Of a DNA stretch of 41,822 bases, positions 12,818 through 25,825 are shown piece by piece. Source of the stretch: Octopus bimaculoides (taxonomy: Eukaryota). Position numbers and translations under genes: made by a program. Position 1 is the stretch's first letter. Every line of letters starts with the position of its first letter. Below the pieces are notes generated by a model that searched no databases, was not told where the DNA came from, and saw nothing but the letters and a program-made list of their open reading frames with translations. Location of the stretch: assembly GCF_001194135.2 (NCBI RefSeq), contig NC_068985.1, forward strand, positions 101,685,800 to 101,727,621. The letters are read 5' to 3'.

Positions 12818-13165
12818 ATATAACACATACTTGCACATATATATACAATAAACATATTTATTCATTTATTTATTCATTTATACGCGTATACGTATGTATA
12901 CACGTATGCCAGTTACTCATGTATTGCAATGTGTATGTGTTAACTACTGTAAATATCATTTCTGTATTTTCAAACTCTTTTATGCCTCCAAAATAAAATT
13001 TAGATTTGTAATGCTATTTATAAATACACAGTTTAATAGAAATTACTATATTTGGAAATCGCACATTTGGGCATATCAATATTGCTATGGATCACCAGTT
13101 ACCTTGTTTTATATTTAAATATTTACGTTTAAAATGCATTTTTTATCTTTATCTTGTCGGCTTAC

Positions 13166-13175
13166 CTGATTTTTC
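13166..13175 (-). CDS. Candidate 10-nt microexon (GAAAAATCAG)
   Basis: Minus strand reads TTTATTTACAG|GAAAAATCAG|GTAAGC, with strong splice sites. It is phase-compatible with candidate exon 15476-15533. No transcript support. Confidence 0.2.
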
Positions 13176-15475
13176 CTGTAAATAAACTTAAAGTAACTGG
13201 TTCTCGTATTTTTTGTTGTAACTAATAATTATTTACTTTTTGATTTATTCATTTTTAATTTCCTTTATTCACGCACACAATTCCAATTTAGGATTTCCAA
13301 ATGTATACAGGAGTAAAAGCGTTAAGTAAAATACAAATATTTAGAATATCAAATATATGTAGACAGAGCCACATATATTTCTTTCGACTAAAATTGCATC
13401 ATTTCAATTTAAAATAACATACAATTTCATACCTATATGCACACACATCAACACACGTATACTCGAATATATATCAAATGAAACACACACATATACGCTC
13501 TAAGATTTTCTGTACTTGTTACTTTTTATTAACCAACGTGATCTGTAATAAAATTTAACTGATTCTTTCAATATGGTTCCAAACGATGTTTTATTAATAG
13601 AGTATGCAGCATAAATCACATGGTTTATATTTTAAGCATAATATTGAATTCTCTCATCCATATCACAAATCCCTGAGGAAATCTATACTAGCGATATTTA
13701 ACTCAGAGCTTATTAGATTATTGGTGTTGTGTATTGATTTTTGTGGGATTTCAAACCAGTGCTATATTGGGTGTCTTCTCCTCTATCATTAAACTCGTGT
13801 TCGTTAAATACAGTGATAGATGAAGAATCAATGCTGCTTCTATGTTCAAAGACTAAATGCGTTTTTGATTATAGATTATAAATCTGTGATGTAATATTGT
13901 ATATCGGTTTCCTTAACTCTGCAATTTTTTCTTCAAAATGTTTATAAGGAAACCTCCCATGAGTTGAATATTGTAAGAAAGTAAAAATTCATATGATTGA
14001 AGGTGTATATATATATATGCTTTTGCTTGAGCTTTTTGTTGATGGTATATCTCATTATCAGAGGACATCGATTTATGAGTGAAGTGCCTTTCTACTTCGA
14101 AATTAATAAGAATGAATTTTTCTTAAAAGTATTTAAGAGTTAACACTCTATAATTGAACCCTAGATACCTGGTTAAAAAGGTTAGCTGCTTTTAAAATTA
14201 CATACTGCGATTTGTAAATATATATGAAGGCCCAAAAAACATATGCCTTAGTACGTATAAATTGTATTTTTATCCTCTATACACCTCCCTAGCAGGAAAT
14301 CTTTTCTCAATGATTCCTTCGCTGACAATTTTCTCTACAACTGATAGAACCTATAAAGAATCCATCAAAATATATTAAACTTTTAATGCTACATTTCTCT
14401 ATAATCACGTTGATTGACAAGTTCAAATTTCGTATAGGATTACATAATCTGTTCCATTAGCATGGGGTTCTAGAATCGTCACTATACGACAACAAATCAC
14501 ACCGTCAAAACTTACTGCATTATCATTCTTTTATGCTAGCTTCTTGAAATCACACCCCGTGCATCCTCAATATATTCTTTATAGCATAATCTGTTAACAT
14601 ACAGATGTGTACCCTACAGGTAGAGGTGTCACACAGATTCTTGACCGTGTTGATGTTGGTTGTTCCTTTTATAACGAATCATCACCTTTATATGCTTTAA
14701 CGTATATATTCTGGTTTAGAATTTGTAATTTGAACAAAATAACTTCTACATTATATTATACAACAATTAACTGCCACATGCTCAATTGCTAAAGATTGCA
14801 GGACGCACAAACTTCAGCGCTATTTTTAATCAACGAATAAAATATATTATGCATGAAAATTGATATGACCATTTATAATGGATTACGTTTTCTGATACGC
14901 AGTGTCAAGAATGTCCGTGATAAAGTAGAGTACCATGATCATATAAAAAGTATACAGAAAGCATTTATAATGCCAGCTTAGTCCCAAATGTTTTCAACAC
15001 GAGTTTTATGTTACTTATAACAAATTCGTTGAAGTTGAAGATCTGTATATAGCAAAACCGATGAAATCGCAGCAGTGTTTCTTAAAAGAGATACCATAAA
15101 CTTAGCTTGAAATTGATTACCAACCAAGTAGTGTATTTAACGTAATTTTCTGTGCTTCTCTGGTATAAATCCTAGATGTCTTATCACAAATTTTGTGGAA
15201 CTGATTGATCAAATTCAGCTGTGGCTGAAGATTGATACTGTGATGAAATGTACTGAGTAGTCAAAATGCCACTGATTCTTTAAGTTTTAATTCTGATTCA
15301 GTGTTGTTTATGAGCATCTTCGTTTATAAATAGTACAGTTGGGATCCAATGATGTTAATTATTGAAATATTGCGTAAACAGTTTGCTATAGAAATTCTTC
15401 TGAATATAATTGTTTTAAATAGTAAAATAAAGAACACATGATTTTTTTTTCCAGGAAACATTGTTCTAACCATAC

Positions 15476-15533
15476 TTCCGAAGCAGAGGAAAATTAATAA
15501 TATCTGGAACACTTCGAGTTTTCCAAGCTAAAT
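15476..15533 (-). CDS. Candidate internal exon (LAWKTRSVPDIINFPLLR), phase 1 to 2
   Basis: TTTGTTGTTTCTACAG acceptor, GTATGG donor, open frame. Confidence 0.25.
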
Positions 15534-16065
15534 CTGTAGAAACAACAAATATTTCGATTGTGCATTATTGTTTTACTCATAAATTGTTATTATGCCAGTT
15601 AAGCAATGAAAGTCACAACGTTCTGCGATTAACTGGAATACAGATTCACACGAATGTACAGAGAGAAAGAATTCAATATTCATATAAAGGAATATAAATA
15701 AATATTTTATCGAAAAATTTAACAAGAAGAAACGTTTCATTTGCAACCATCATATTTTATAATCAATATTACGTGAAATACACACAGAATATTGGACAAT
15801 ATTTCAAATGTAACTTAATTTTATATATAAATTAAATATCACGCAAAAACATCAAAGTGATGCCATTTTCCTTACTAATTTACTGCTATATAAAACTTAG
15901 TAACAGCTATTTACACAAAAATATGTTTTCAAAAGCTTTCCAAATATTTATAGTAAACATAGTAAAAATAAAATCAATTTCTAATAACTTTTCTAAAATG
16001 TTTGATACTGTATTATTTTGTAATGTTATATGTGTATCAGTATGCGTGTATATACATACATACAC

Positions 16066-16130
<65 letters not shown>

Positions 16131-16712
16131 NNNNNNNNNNNNNNNNNNNNNNNNNNNNNNNNNNNNNNNNNNNNNNNNNNNNNNNNNNNNNNNNNNNNNN
16201 NNNNNNNNNNNNNNNNNNNNNNNNNNNNNNNNNNNNNNNNNNNNNNNNNNNNNNNNNNNNNNNNNNNNNNNNNNNNNNNNNNNNNNNNNNNNNNNNNNNN
16301 NNNNNNNNNNNNNNNNNNNNNNNNNNNNNNNNNNNNNNNNNNNNNNNNNNNNNNNNNNNNNNNNNNNNNNNNNNNNNNNNNNNNNNNNNNNNNNNNNNNN
16401 NNNNNNNNNNNNNNNNNNNNNNNNNNNNNNNNNNNNNNNNNNNNNNNNNNNNNNNNNNNNNNNNNNNNNNNNNNNNNNNNNNNNNNNNNNNNNNNNNNNN
16501 NNNNNNNNNNNNNNNNNNNNNNNNNNNNNNNNNNNNNNNNNNNNNNNNNNNNNNNNNNNATATACGTTTGTGTGTGGCTCAATATATATGTAAATATATG
16601 CATATATATAAATACACACACACATACGCGCACATACAGACAGGCACACACACATGCATACACACACATACACACATATACACGCATATGCATGTAGATA
16701 TATCTATGTATG

Positions 16713-16745
<33 letters not shown>

Positions 16746-17107
16746 TGAATGGTGTGCCGGAAAGTACAAATTATTAAAGTACTAAGAACATCGGGCCCGT
16801 ACCCCATACACCAATCTCTTAATCGATGGAGTTTGCCAACAATGATCATGTTTCCAGATGAGACGGTCTTCGCAGTCCAAATGACCTCTCACAGAGAATT
16901 AACACAGAAAACGTAACGGGTGGTATATACATTCTGTAATCAATACGTGTATTGATAAACCGAATGATGATATTAGTTATACCGGTTAGTGCAATTATGT
17001 GATAGAGACGCCTCACTTCTTCAGAATTTCCAAGAAATATCAGCATAAAGAAAAAAGATTGCAAGTCCTTTTTAAAACAGTAAACAACTTAAACACCATC
17101 TACTTAC

Positions 17108-17168
17108 TAAGTGATACTCCGTCGGTTATGACGACGAGTGTTCCAGTTGATCCGATCACCGGAATAGC
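17108..17168 (-). CDS. Candidate internal exon (AIPVIGSTGTLVVITDGVSL) with TAGCAG tandem acceptor
   Basis: GC-rich island, TTTCACTAGCAG acceptor, GTAAGT donor. Open in two frames, so the reading frame is uncertain. Confidence 0.35.
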
Positions 17169-17664
17169 CTGCTAGTGAAATTAACGTGTAATTAGCTGAG
17201 CACTCCACAGACACGTGTACCCTTAACGTAGTTCTCGGGGAGATTCAGTGTGACATAATGGGTGACATATAATGAGGCGAACATTAAAGTATGCAGATGC
17301 CTATATATTTCATTTAATGTACACTGTATTAAAATAAGACGTACTAATTGTTTCGTGCCATTAGAGACATGGTTAAGCAGATTTTCTAATGTGCTTTTTG
17401 TTTCGCAGCAGTTTTTGTGCACTGAGCACGTGGTTTGTACAGTTTGAAAATCAGGACGTTCATAGATGAGAAACAGCGAGAAAGAACGGGAATAACAAGA
17501 GAAAACTGAAATAAAAAGAGAATGTGGAATAAAAAGAGAAAGGGTGAATAAATAGACAAAAAAAAAGAAAGAAATTAATGAAAGACTTAGTTACGTCGCT
17601 TTTGACAGTATAAGTCATAATTAAACTGGCTGTTTTAGAATAATCTAACGGCGATGTATTCACA

Positions 17665-17802
17665 TTCTTTCTTACTCTAGACAAGACCCCAAACTTTTGG
17701 GGAAGGAGTACAGTTGATATGATCTACCCCAGTACGCAGCTGGTACTTAATTTATCAACCCCGAAACGATGGAAAGCAAAGTCTTCCACAGCGGAATTTG
17801 AA
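17665..17802 (-). mobile_element. SINE-B fragment (tail type 2, 5'-truncated)
   Basis: CCCCAGTACGCAGCTGGTACTTAATTTATCAACCCCGAAA...GCGGAATTTGAA matches 27441-27580. Confidence 0.8.
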
Positions 17803-18431
17803 GAGGCATTCAAATTCTGCGACAGATCTGCACGTTATGAAAGAGAGTTATGTTCTGCATTTCGCCAAAAGAAATTTGCTTACATCTTTTCCTTAATTGG
17901 TGTGGAGGAATTACTGGATCTACAATGAACGTACGATCTTTCAACTACGCATTAATTGCATTACTTAGAACCATTTATATATAGCATATATATGTCCACG
18001 ATCCTCGTCTTGATTTTATGGACTGTGCAGTTGGTCAACAAACTCTATAGGTGGCTAGCGAAATTAATACATTTGTAGCTTTACTTTTGTTGATATACAT
18101 GAAAGAAGACAGGTGGTTTGAATAACCTGTTTTAAAATGCCTCTACATGAAGCAATGTCAATTTTCCTACGTTATCTTGAAGCGTTGCTTTGAGATCTGA
18201 TTCATAGGCGAATGATTTTAGGTTTGTTTGTTCCATTCTTTATACTTGGAAGTAAGGAACCCTTTCATGGGTTGCTCATAAACATACGAGTTCAAAGCAG
18301 AGCATGTCCTTCGTCTCTGAAAATAAATAGACCTTGATCTACGGATCCCAAATATTTTATCCTGTCATAGGTTATTCATTTGCACGTACCTTGAGGAGAG
18401 CATTGAAGTTCTTATATGTACATGCACACAT

Positions 18432-18488
<57 letters not shown>

Positions 18489-19336
18489 NNNNNNNNNNNN
18501 NNNNNNNNNNNNNNNNNNNNNNNNNNNNNNNNNNNNNNNNNNNNNNNNNNNNNNNNNNNNNNNNNNNNNNNNNNNNNNNNNNNNNNNNNNNNNNNNNNNN
18601 NNNNNNNNNNNNNNNNNNNNNNNNNNNNNNNNNNNNNNNNNNNNNNNNNNNNNNNNNNNNNNNNNNNNNNNNNNNNNNNNNNNNNNNNNNNNNNNNNNNN
18701 NNNNNNNNNNNNNNNNNNNNNNNNNNNNNNNNNNNNNNNNNNNNNNNNNNNNNNNNNNNNNNNNNNNNNNNNNNNNNNNCACTGAGCACGTTAATGTGGT
18801 TGGACAGCAGCTGAGAATCGACCGCCACCGGGAACATAAATATAAGCAGTGATTTCAATCAGGTGTGTTATCTTATATACCAATTTTAATTACACCGAGA
18901 CTCAAGCTTACACACGTTTGTATTCATTTCTCTTGAGATATTCTTCTTCACTATTCGTTAACGTTAATTTACACCTCATAATAACCGAAGAGTATAACAT
19001 TGACAAGCGGCATCTTTTCCAGATAGTAAGCCTTTTGTATTTCCTTGCCTTTATCTTCACTTCCGTTTACACTTTAAATTTCCATCTCCATCAGTTTAGC
19101 TCTGTATAGACCGAGTAAGCCTAGTCTGTAATCATCTTTCATTACGCTATTTTTCTTATTTCCTTATACGTCTGTTCTTCTTAGTCACGTTTTATTCATC
19201 ATTTTTCTTTATTTGCTACTTTTTTCGCTTCTGTATCTTTTGTTTCTTCCTGACGTTTCTTTTCATTCTTGCATTCATCATTTCTCTTTTACGTTTGCAT
19301 TTCATTGCGTTTCTTGTTTTCACCCTCTTATCAATA

Positions 19337-19348
19337 TTCACACACACA

Positions 19349-19415
<67 letters not shown>
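19337..19415. repeat. (CA)n microsatellite preceded by a pyrimidine-rich tract
   Basis: Seen directly. Confidence 0.95.
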
Positions 19416-19417
<2 letters not shown>

Positions 19418-19853
19418 ACATACACACACACGCATAATCACACACACAGATATTTATATATATATGTAGTTGCATAGCAAGCGACCTGATCTGAGATCGT
19501 GTGCTGCAACGAAAACAATTGCAGCATGGAAAGTGTTTATAAGCCATTTAAGAAACACACAAAAACTGTTAGATTCACTTCAACATTTAAATTTAACTTG
19601 CCAAAATATTTTCGTCGCTTTGAGACCGTAACCTGTTCACTGAAAATATTCCGTGCTGCATCTAAGAAAGTAACACACATACACAAAACATACATGCCTA
19701 CATACAAATACATATATGCATACACACATGCATACTTATAAATGCATAAACATGTATACCCATATTATATATGTGCGTCTTATTGATGTACACACACACG
19801 CACGCACGCACACACACACACACATACACACACACACACACACNNNNNNNNNN

Positions 19854-19921
<68 letters not shown>

Positions 19922-21234
19922 CTATATGGATATATATGTATATATGCCGGTGGCGAGATTTCCTCTGGTTTGCGCATGTGTCCTCATCCATTGTTGAAAA
20001 CCTGGTTTAAATTCGAACACTGGAGGTTTTATGCTTCACTATTTTGTAACTAAGCATAAGGGAACCGTAGAAGAATATGATATTATCGATTACATTGACG
20101 GTTAATTTGTAGGTTTATGTCATTTCCGACTAGTATTATATTTTTATGACTAGACATTCAATACTGACTTCAAAAGAATATGCATTTAAAGGTGGACAAT
20201 CGACAACATTTATGTCATCTGCAGATTTTGCAGCCATTGATCTACGTACTTTTGCCAAAAGTGTAGGTGGTGCATGTGAAATACATAGCATGTTATGAAT
20301 TGCTAATGATTTCTATCTCTTAAAACTGAATCCATTAATTTCAGTTTACTTTATAATATCGTATCTTCTTAAACATTTAAAAGCAGCATTCGTTAAAATG
20401 AAATTACATTTTACAGAAAACTGAACGTATTTTTTTCATTAATGCGATGTTTCCATGCTTTACTTAAATTGATGCGGTGTTCAAATTTGAAAAATAAAAT
20501 TCTCCATGTCACAGATCTAGACAAAACATGAAAAGTGTCTGAAAAAGTAATCTGAGAAATGCTTATGAGGTCAGTGACCGAATCAGTTCAACAATTTAAT
20601 GCTAAACATCGTAAAATTGCTAACAGAAGACGCTTTACCTCATCTGATTAGCAATAATCAAGACAACGATACTACTTCCGAGAGAGAGTTTGACAAAATT
20701 AGGTTAAAATAAAGTGGTCTGTAAGTATTGCGTTTGCTAAGTAAATATATAACATCATCGATTTTGTGTATATAATATTAATCTAAAGGGCAAACCCATG
20801 TTGTAAAAGTAAAAGAGTGGCTAAATAAATAAAATAATATATATACGTGTGTGTAGTATACATGAGTGTGTTTGTGTATGCAAATATATCACATGCATAT
20901 TTACACATATACATGCATACACACAAATACTAAGACACGGACCGGACACATACACGTATATTCCACACAGAGACTGAGATGGTGAGAGAGATGGGCTGAA
21001 TGAAAGCAAGTGATTTAGTTTCGTCTTCATTTTAGTATTGAATATTTGCCACTTTTGTTTACAGATTTATATATAGCTTTAAACAGAAAATGAAAGAAAC
21101 ATATAATTTACGACCTTTATAAATGTATTTAGTAGGATTTCATTCTACATGTAATTAGTTTGCGTGACACAAATAGATAAAAAAAAAATGCTCAGGACAA
21201 ATATATTAAAGCAATATAAAAATACATAACATAC

Positions 21235-21353
21235 CACAAAGGTAAAATACAAGTGAAATTTAATTACAGCATGGCGAACACCAAGAACATGAGTTTCCAT
21301 CCAATTAATTTCTGCAATGTTCTTTCTTATAATCTTTGCGGATGAAGAGCTAG
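21235..21353 (-). CDS. Candidate internal exon (SSSSAKIIRKNIAEINWMETHVLGVRHAVIKFHLYFTFV), phase 1 to 0
   Basis: GTATGT donor, 39 open codons, phase-compatible with exon 22501-22565. It needs an atypical AAG acceptor. Confidence 0.3.
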
Positions 21354-22500
21354 CTTAATTAAAGAGTCGTCGTTTTGCTACAGTTTTGGGAGTAACAAAG
21401 TAAAACCGAATGAAAGCTGATCAAATGGTGAATGCATGTCATTTAGTTATCGACATGTTACATATTCAAATTGAATCAAGTCTGCTCAGTGAAGTCAATG
21501 GATAATATTCGAACTTAAAGCAAACAAATAAATGCAAGAAACTTGTTTGAGATATCGATTTAGTTTGAAGTTTATCAAATTACTTCTAAAAATCAATTCT
21601 CTTACAATTTAAACTGACAATGAAAGTTAAATCTTCACTCACAAGCATCAGATATGTTCTCCTGCATTTATTGTAGCTTGATACAATCTTTGTTTGATCA
21701 TTCCCCAGGTTCTTCAGAATTTACTTTCATAAAGAATATGTTAACAAATAGCAAATATTCATGAACTACTTCAATAGAAATTTTCTAAACGAGCCACAAA
21801 CAAGGCACATAAAATGATATAACAGCGGCAGTTGATATACATATATTAAATATATATATCTATATACATTTATATACAGACATAGCTATAAGCATTATAT
21901 TATACATACAATAGTTTGACAATAATTACAATAACTTTACAGGTAAGGTGATTGAAAACTGTGATAAGATTCCAATTCTATAATACATTTCAAGTAGGTC
22001 AATATGCAAAGTTCCGACCATCTATTGATTCAGTCGATTTGCAACGATCTACAGACATCGATATCAATGTTATTTATAATTACACACACATACACACACA
22101 CACAAACACACACACACACACATACANNNNNNNNNNNNNNNNNNNNNNNNNNNNNNNNNNNNNNNNNNNNNNNNNNNNNNNNNNNNNNNNNNNNNNNNNN
22201 NNNNNNNNNNNNNNNNNNNNNNNNNNNNNNNNNNNNNNNNNNNNNNNNNNNNNNNNNNNNNNNNNNNNNNNNNNNNNNNNNNNNNNNNNNNNNNNNNNNN
22301 NNNNNTATATTTATATATATACACACATATATATATATATTTATGCATATATGTATGTGTGTGTGTACGTGCGTCTGTGTGTGTGTTTGTATGTATGTGT
22401 ATGTATAGAAATTTGTAAGTGTACAATCCAACACTGAATATGTCGGAAGTTAGAAAACTTTTAGCAGTCTGTAGATGGCAAAAAAATAAATACAACTTAC

Positions 22501-22565
22501 AGGAACAATAGCGATTCATTGACATAGAAGGTTGTAAATGTCTCGGATCTGTGTGGTTTCCGTCA
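22501..22565 (-). CDS. Internal exon of unknown gene (DGNHTDPRHLQPSMSMNRYCS), phase 2 to 1
   Basis: TTTAAAACAG acceptor and GTAAGT donor. Only one frame is open, and it is the frame required by exon 23051-23217. Confidence 0.55.
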
Positions 22566-23050
22566 CTGTTTTAAATTAACTTTTAAAAAAGTGTTTTGAT
22601 GTATCATATAGATGTAATTATTGACGCTGAATCCGAATTTATTATTTATTTATTGCAGAAAAAACTTTTCCGAAAATGTTACAGGTGTTCAATGTTTGTT
22701 AATTTTCAGAATTTTCAGCCAATTAGAAAACAGCGCGTTCGCTGCCTCTTCCATCATCGTTGAGGGGGGTTGGGATCATTGGCATGCCAAAACATTACAA
22801 TATCTACAGTAAACAGTGAAAAACATGAAAACATTCGCGAGCAAATTATATATTTAAAAGTGACGAACAAACCAACAGGTGTTACTAGAAATAACAGTCA
22901 AAATCTTTCTTGAAAAGAGACATTTATTAGTTAACAAAATTTAAGAACGAAAGTTTGTAATACTCTGAGGATTTTATAAAATAAATTATCTTTCTCGTAT
23001 CTCCTTCTCCACATAAATTCGTAAAGATATGAGTCAACCACGGAACTTAC

Positions 23051-23217
23051 CTCTTCGCGCGATATGCTCCTCCAAAGGCCCACTGTTCAGGTAGCGATAC
23101 TATGGAAACAGAGTTCTTCGCAATCAGCAATGCAAGACGCGATGCTTCTTTGCCTTGGTTACTATAGAAAGAGAAGTCTTCACCACGGTGATGTGTAAAA
23201 TGTCCGCTTCTGATTTG
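23051..23217 (-). CDS. Internal exon of unknown gene (QIRSGHFTHHRGEDFSFY...EQWAFGGAYRAK), phase 0 to 2
   Basis: TTTCGGTATTTTAG acceptor, AG|GTAAGT donor, raised GC, and 55 open codons in the single open frame. It joins both neighbouring exons in frame. Confidence 0.65.
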
Positions 23218-23601
23218 CTAAAATACCGAAATTTTGTAAATTTTAAAGGCTAATAATATTTTAATTATGGATTTATAGAAAAATGAATTTCATTCTAATA
23301 ATTCGCTTACAAATCTTAATCCATATACAAAATTTGAAGCCAAATGGAACAAAATTGTAAACAATGGCGAAAACTACAAAGATCCAATGTCTCTGATATC
23401 GAAGTTCGATAAGCTGAAAAACTGTTACTTTATAGTAGACGGTGGGCAACTAGGGTTGCTGTATATGAGAATAAAAATCCAAATTAAAAGAATGGAGCAA
23501 GTAAAACTTAGGTTACATATGTTTCCTAGCTAGCAGAACATCGCAAGTAGTAATTACTCAACGTGAGAAATACTACTTTCTACTTATCAGGCCGAAGTTA
23601 C

Positions 23602-23875
23602 CTTAGTCAAATGAAGTTTACATTGTCGCAGGAGACTTCCTCGAAAATTGTTTACATTCAAATTCAAGGTCGACTTTGAGTTTCGACAATGTAATTCACT
23701 AGCTCCCAGAAATTTTTGCAGCTCTATTATTAATCTCTCTGCTGCTGACAACTTTGCATCGTTTTTAGTGGTACATGAATATATAAGATATTCTAACGTA
23801 AAAGTTCCTGTTGTAGCATGCATAATTCTCTTGAATAAGCCATAACTGCAATCCCTAGCAAATCGTGAATATTTT
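23602..23875 (-). CDS. Internal exon of unknown gene (KYSRFARDCSYGLFKRIMHATTG...RQCKLHLTK), phase 2 to 0
   Basis: TATATTCAG acceptor, AG|GTAACT donor, 91 open codons (contains most of ORF 23587-23823); in frame with the next exon. Confidence 0.6.
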
Positions 23876-24019
23876 CTGAATATAATATATTTCCCTATTT
23901 TATTTATGATTCTTTAATAATTATATGTGTATAGTTAAGTACGTACAATAACTATCATATGCGTTGTCCAGGGATCCTAGACCCCATTTCATATCCAGGG
24001 TGAGTGTTGTTCATTATTC

Positions 24020-24200
24020 ACTAGTGCAAAGCTGTGTAGGCCTTTGACTTTCCCTTGGATAACATCGGTAGCATGGAGAGGGGAGGCTGGTATGCGTGGA
24101 TGACTGCTGGCCTTCCATAAACAAACTTTCCTGGATTTCTACATTGGATGGGAACTTTCTAGGTGCAATCCCGTGCCCATTCATGGCGGAAGGGTTTTTA
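24020..24200 (+). mobile_element. 3' fragment of a third SINE-like interspersed repeat
   Basis: GC-rich island (CCTTGGATAACATCGG...GAGAGGGGAGGCTGGTATGC...CTAGGTGCAATCCC) recalled from memory as part of a common octopus repeat. There is no second copy in the window to confirm it. Confidence 0.5.
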
Positions 24201-24481
24201 ATTTCTATCTTCACACCCCTTTCTTTCAGTATAGAATTTCTCACATAATCTTTACTTCCTGTTTTCTCAATTTCGTCAGAACCACTCACTCCTTTCAACT
24301 TCTCTATTAAAACCATACTTACTGCAACTGGAACCTCCCCTAATGGATTGATGAACAGATAAGTGCATTTATGTATTCTTATTTTGATAATAAAGTTTAT
24401 ATTGGTTTTACTTCTATTGGATGTTAAAAGAAATTCTCGCTGAAAATTAAAATGCCATTTAGATAATCGGCAAAACAATTG

Positions 24482-24538
24482 TAAGAGAGCGAACGAGACA
24501 GAGAGAGAGAGAGAACGAGAGAGAGAGCGAGAGAGAAA
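24482..24538. repeat. Imperfect (GA)n microsatellite
   Basis: Seen directly. Confidence 0.9.
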
Positions 24539-25416
24539 GTGTGAGATCAGGAAAAATATGATGAGAGATACACTGAGGTAGGGATTGCTAAATTATATAA
24601 AATTAAATAGCCCTTACGCAAATTATGAAATGATTCGGGGCTAGAAATGTATCACTATATTGACCAATAATTATATATGATGTAATTTATTCTTTTCCTC
24701 ACTGAAAAAATGTATATTTTTCTTTAATATAATGTCTAAAGGAAGCAAAAACATATGATTAGTGTATACCAATTTTGTCACCTACTTTATCATATTGAAA
24801 TATGTCATTTATTTTGAGGTTGATATAGAATGTTACTAGCCACATGCACTGGTTTCATAATTTAAATATTAGTTCAGTTTGCCAAAAATCTGTCCATAAT
24901 TGCTGAAAATATTTCCGTTTTATTGCAAGTGTACAAAGAATCACTCATGCCTTGTAGATTACCTAATCTCCTGTTTCATAAATATTAATAAAGTTTTACG
25001 TATTTCTGAAATTCTCATCTGAAGCTATTTTTCATAATTGACGTCTTCTTCTTCAGAGATTGTAAGTGTTGTACCTGGAATAAGATTCATTTTAATCGAT
25101 ATTCACTTAATTTAAATTTCTGCTACCATTCGCATTAATATGTTACTATGAATGTGATATCAGCACGCCAGTCTATGAAATTTAGAATATAAATTAACTT
25201 CCCTGTCCATTGATATTTCTAATCCAACATTTGTTGGATATGTTTTCTATATATGCTCGCTAAGTAAAGTATGTTGCATTGCTATTTCCAAGATGGCTAT
25301 TTCCGAGATGACAATGCAAATTTCATTGCTAAGTTTCAAATTGCAAGAAATCTTCGTCTTGTAGGAAATGAAATTCTACTGAACCAAAACTACTATCAAT
25401 AATATACATTGCCATA

Positions 25417-25825
25417 AGGCTGCGAGTTGGCAGAAACTTTAGCACGCCGGGTGAAATGCTTAGCGGTATCTCGTCTGCCGTTACGTTCTCAGTTCAAATA
25501 CCGCTGAGGTCGACTTTGCCTTTCATCATATCGGGGTCGATAAATTAAGTACCAGTTACACACTGGGGTCGATGTAATCGACTTAATCCCTTTGTCTGTC
25601 CTTGTTTGTCCCATCTATGTTTAACCCCTTGTGGGCAATAAAGAGATAAGAAACGTTAGCACGTCGGCTAGCATGGCGGTATTTCGCCCGTCTTTATGTT
25701 CTGCGTTCAAATTTGTCTTTCACCCTTTCGGGGTCGAACAAATAAATACCAGTTACGTACTGGGGTCGATCTAATCGACTGGCCCCTTTCCCTAAAATTT
25801 CGGCCGTGTGCCTAGAGTAGTAAAG
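25417..25825 (+). mobile_element. SINE-B head-to-tail dimer (tail-1 unit ~25417-25652 plus tail-2 unit ~25650-25825) inside one 16-bp TSD
   Basis: A-box-like TGGCAGAAAC and B-box-like AGTTCAAATACC in the first unit; the core GGGGTCGA...TACCAGTTAC..ACTGGGGTCGAT occurs twice. AATAATATACATTGCC lies at 25398-25413 and 25826-25841. Confidence 0.9.

Noticed and set aside
10552-12996. Long ORFs of 300-480 aa and other ORFs rich in X, VCVC, HTHT, YIYI
   Set aside because: They are N gaps and microsatellites translated without stops, not genes. The same applies to ORFs near 2.5-3.0, 15.9-16.8, 18.3-18.9, 22.0-22.5, 28.6-29.1, 31.3-31.9 and 37.1-37.5 kb.
24014-24478. 154-aa minus-strand ORF
   Set aside because: It runs through a strong GTAAGT donor into a GC-rich segment I recognise as a repeat fragment, so it is probably a chance read-through rather than one coding unit.
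25417-25510. tRNA gene-like A/B boxes
   Set aside because: These are SINE heads; no cloverleaf could be formed and they continue into the SINE core and tail.
25417-25825. Recurring GGGGTCGA...GGGGTCGAT motifs resembling a CRISPR or regulatory array
   Set aside because: They are internal motifs of SINE units in a eukaryotic context, with no unique spacers and no cas genes.
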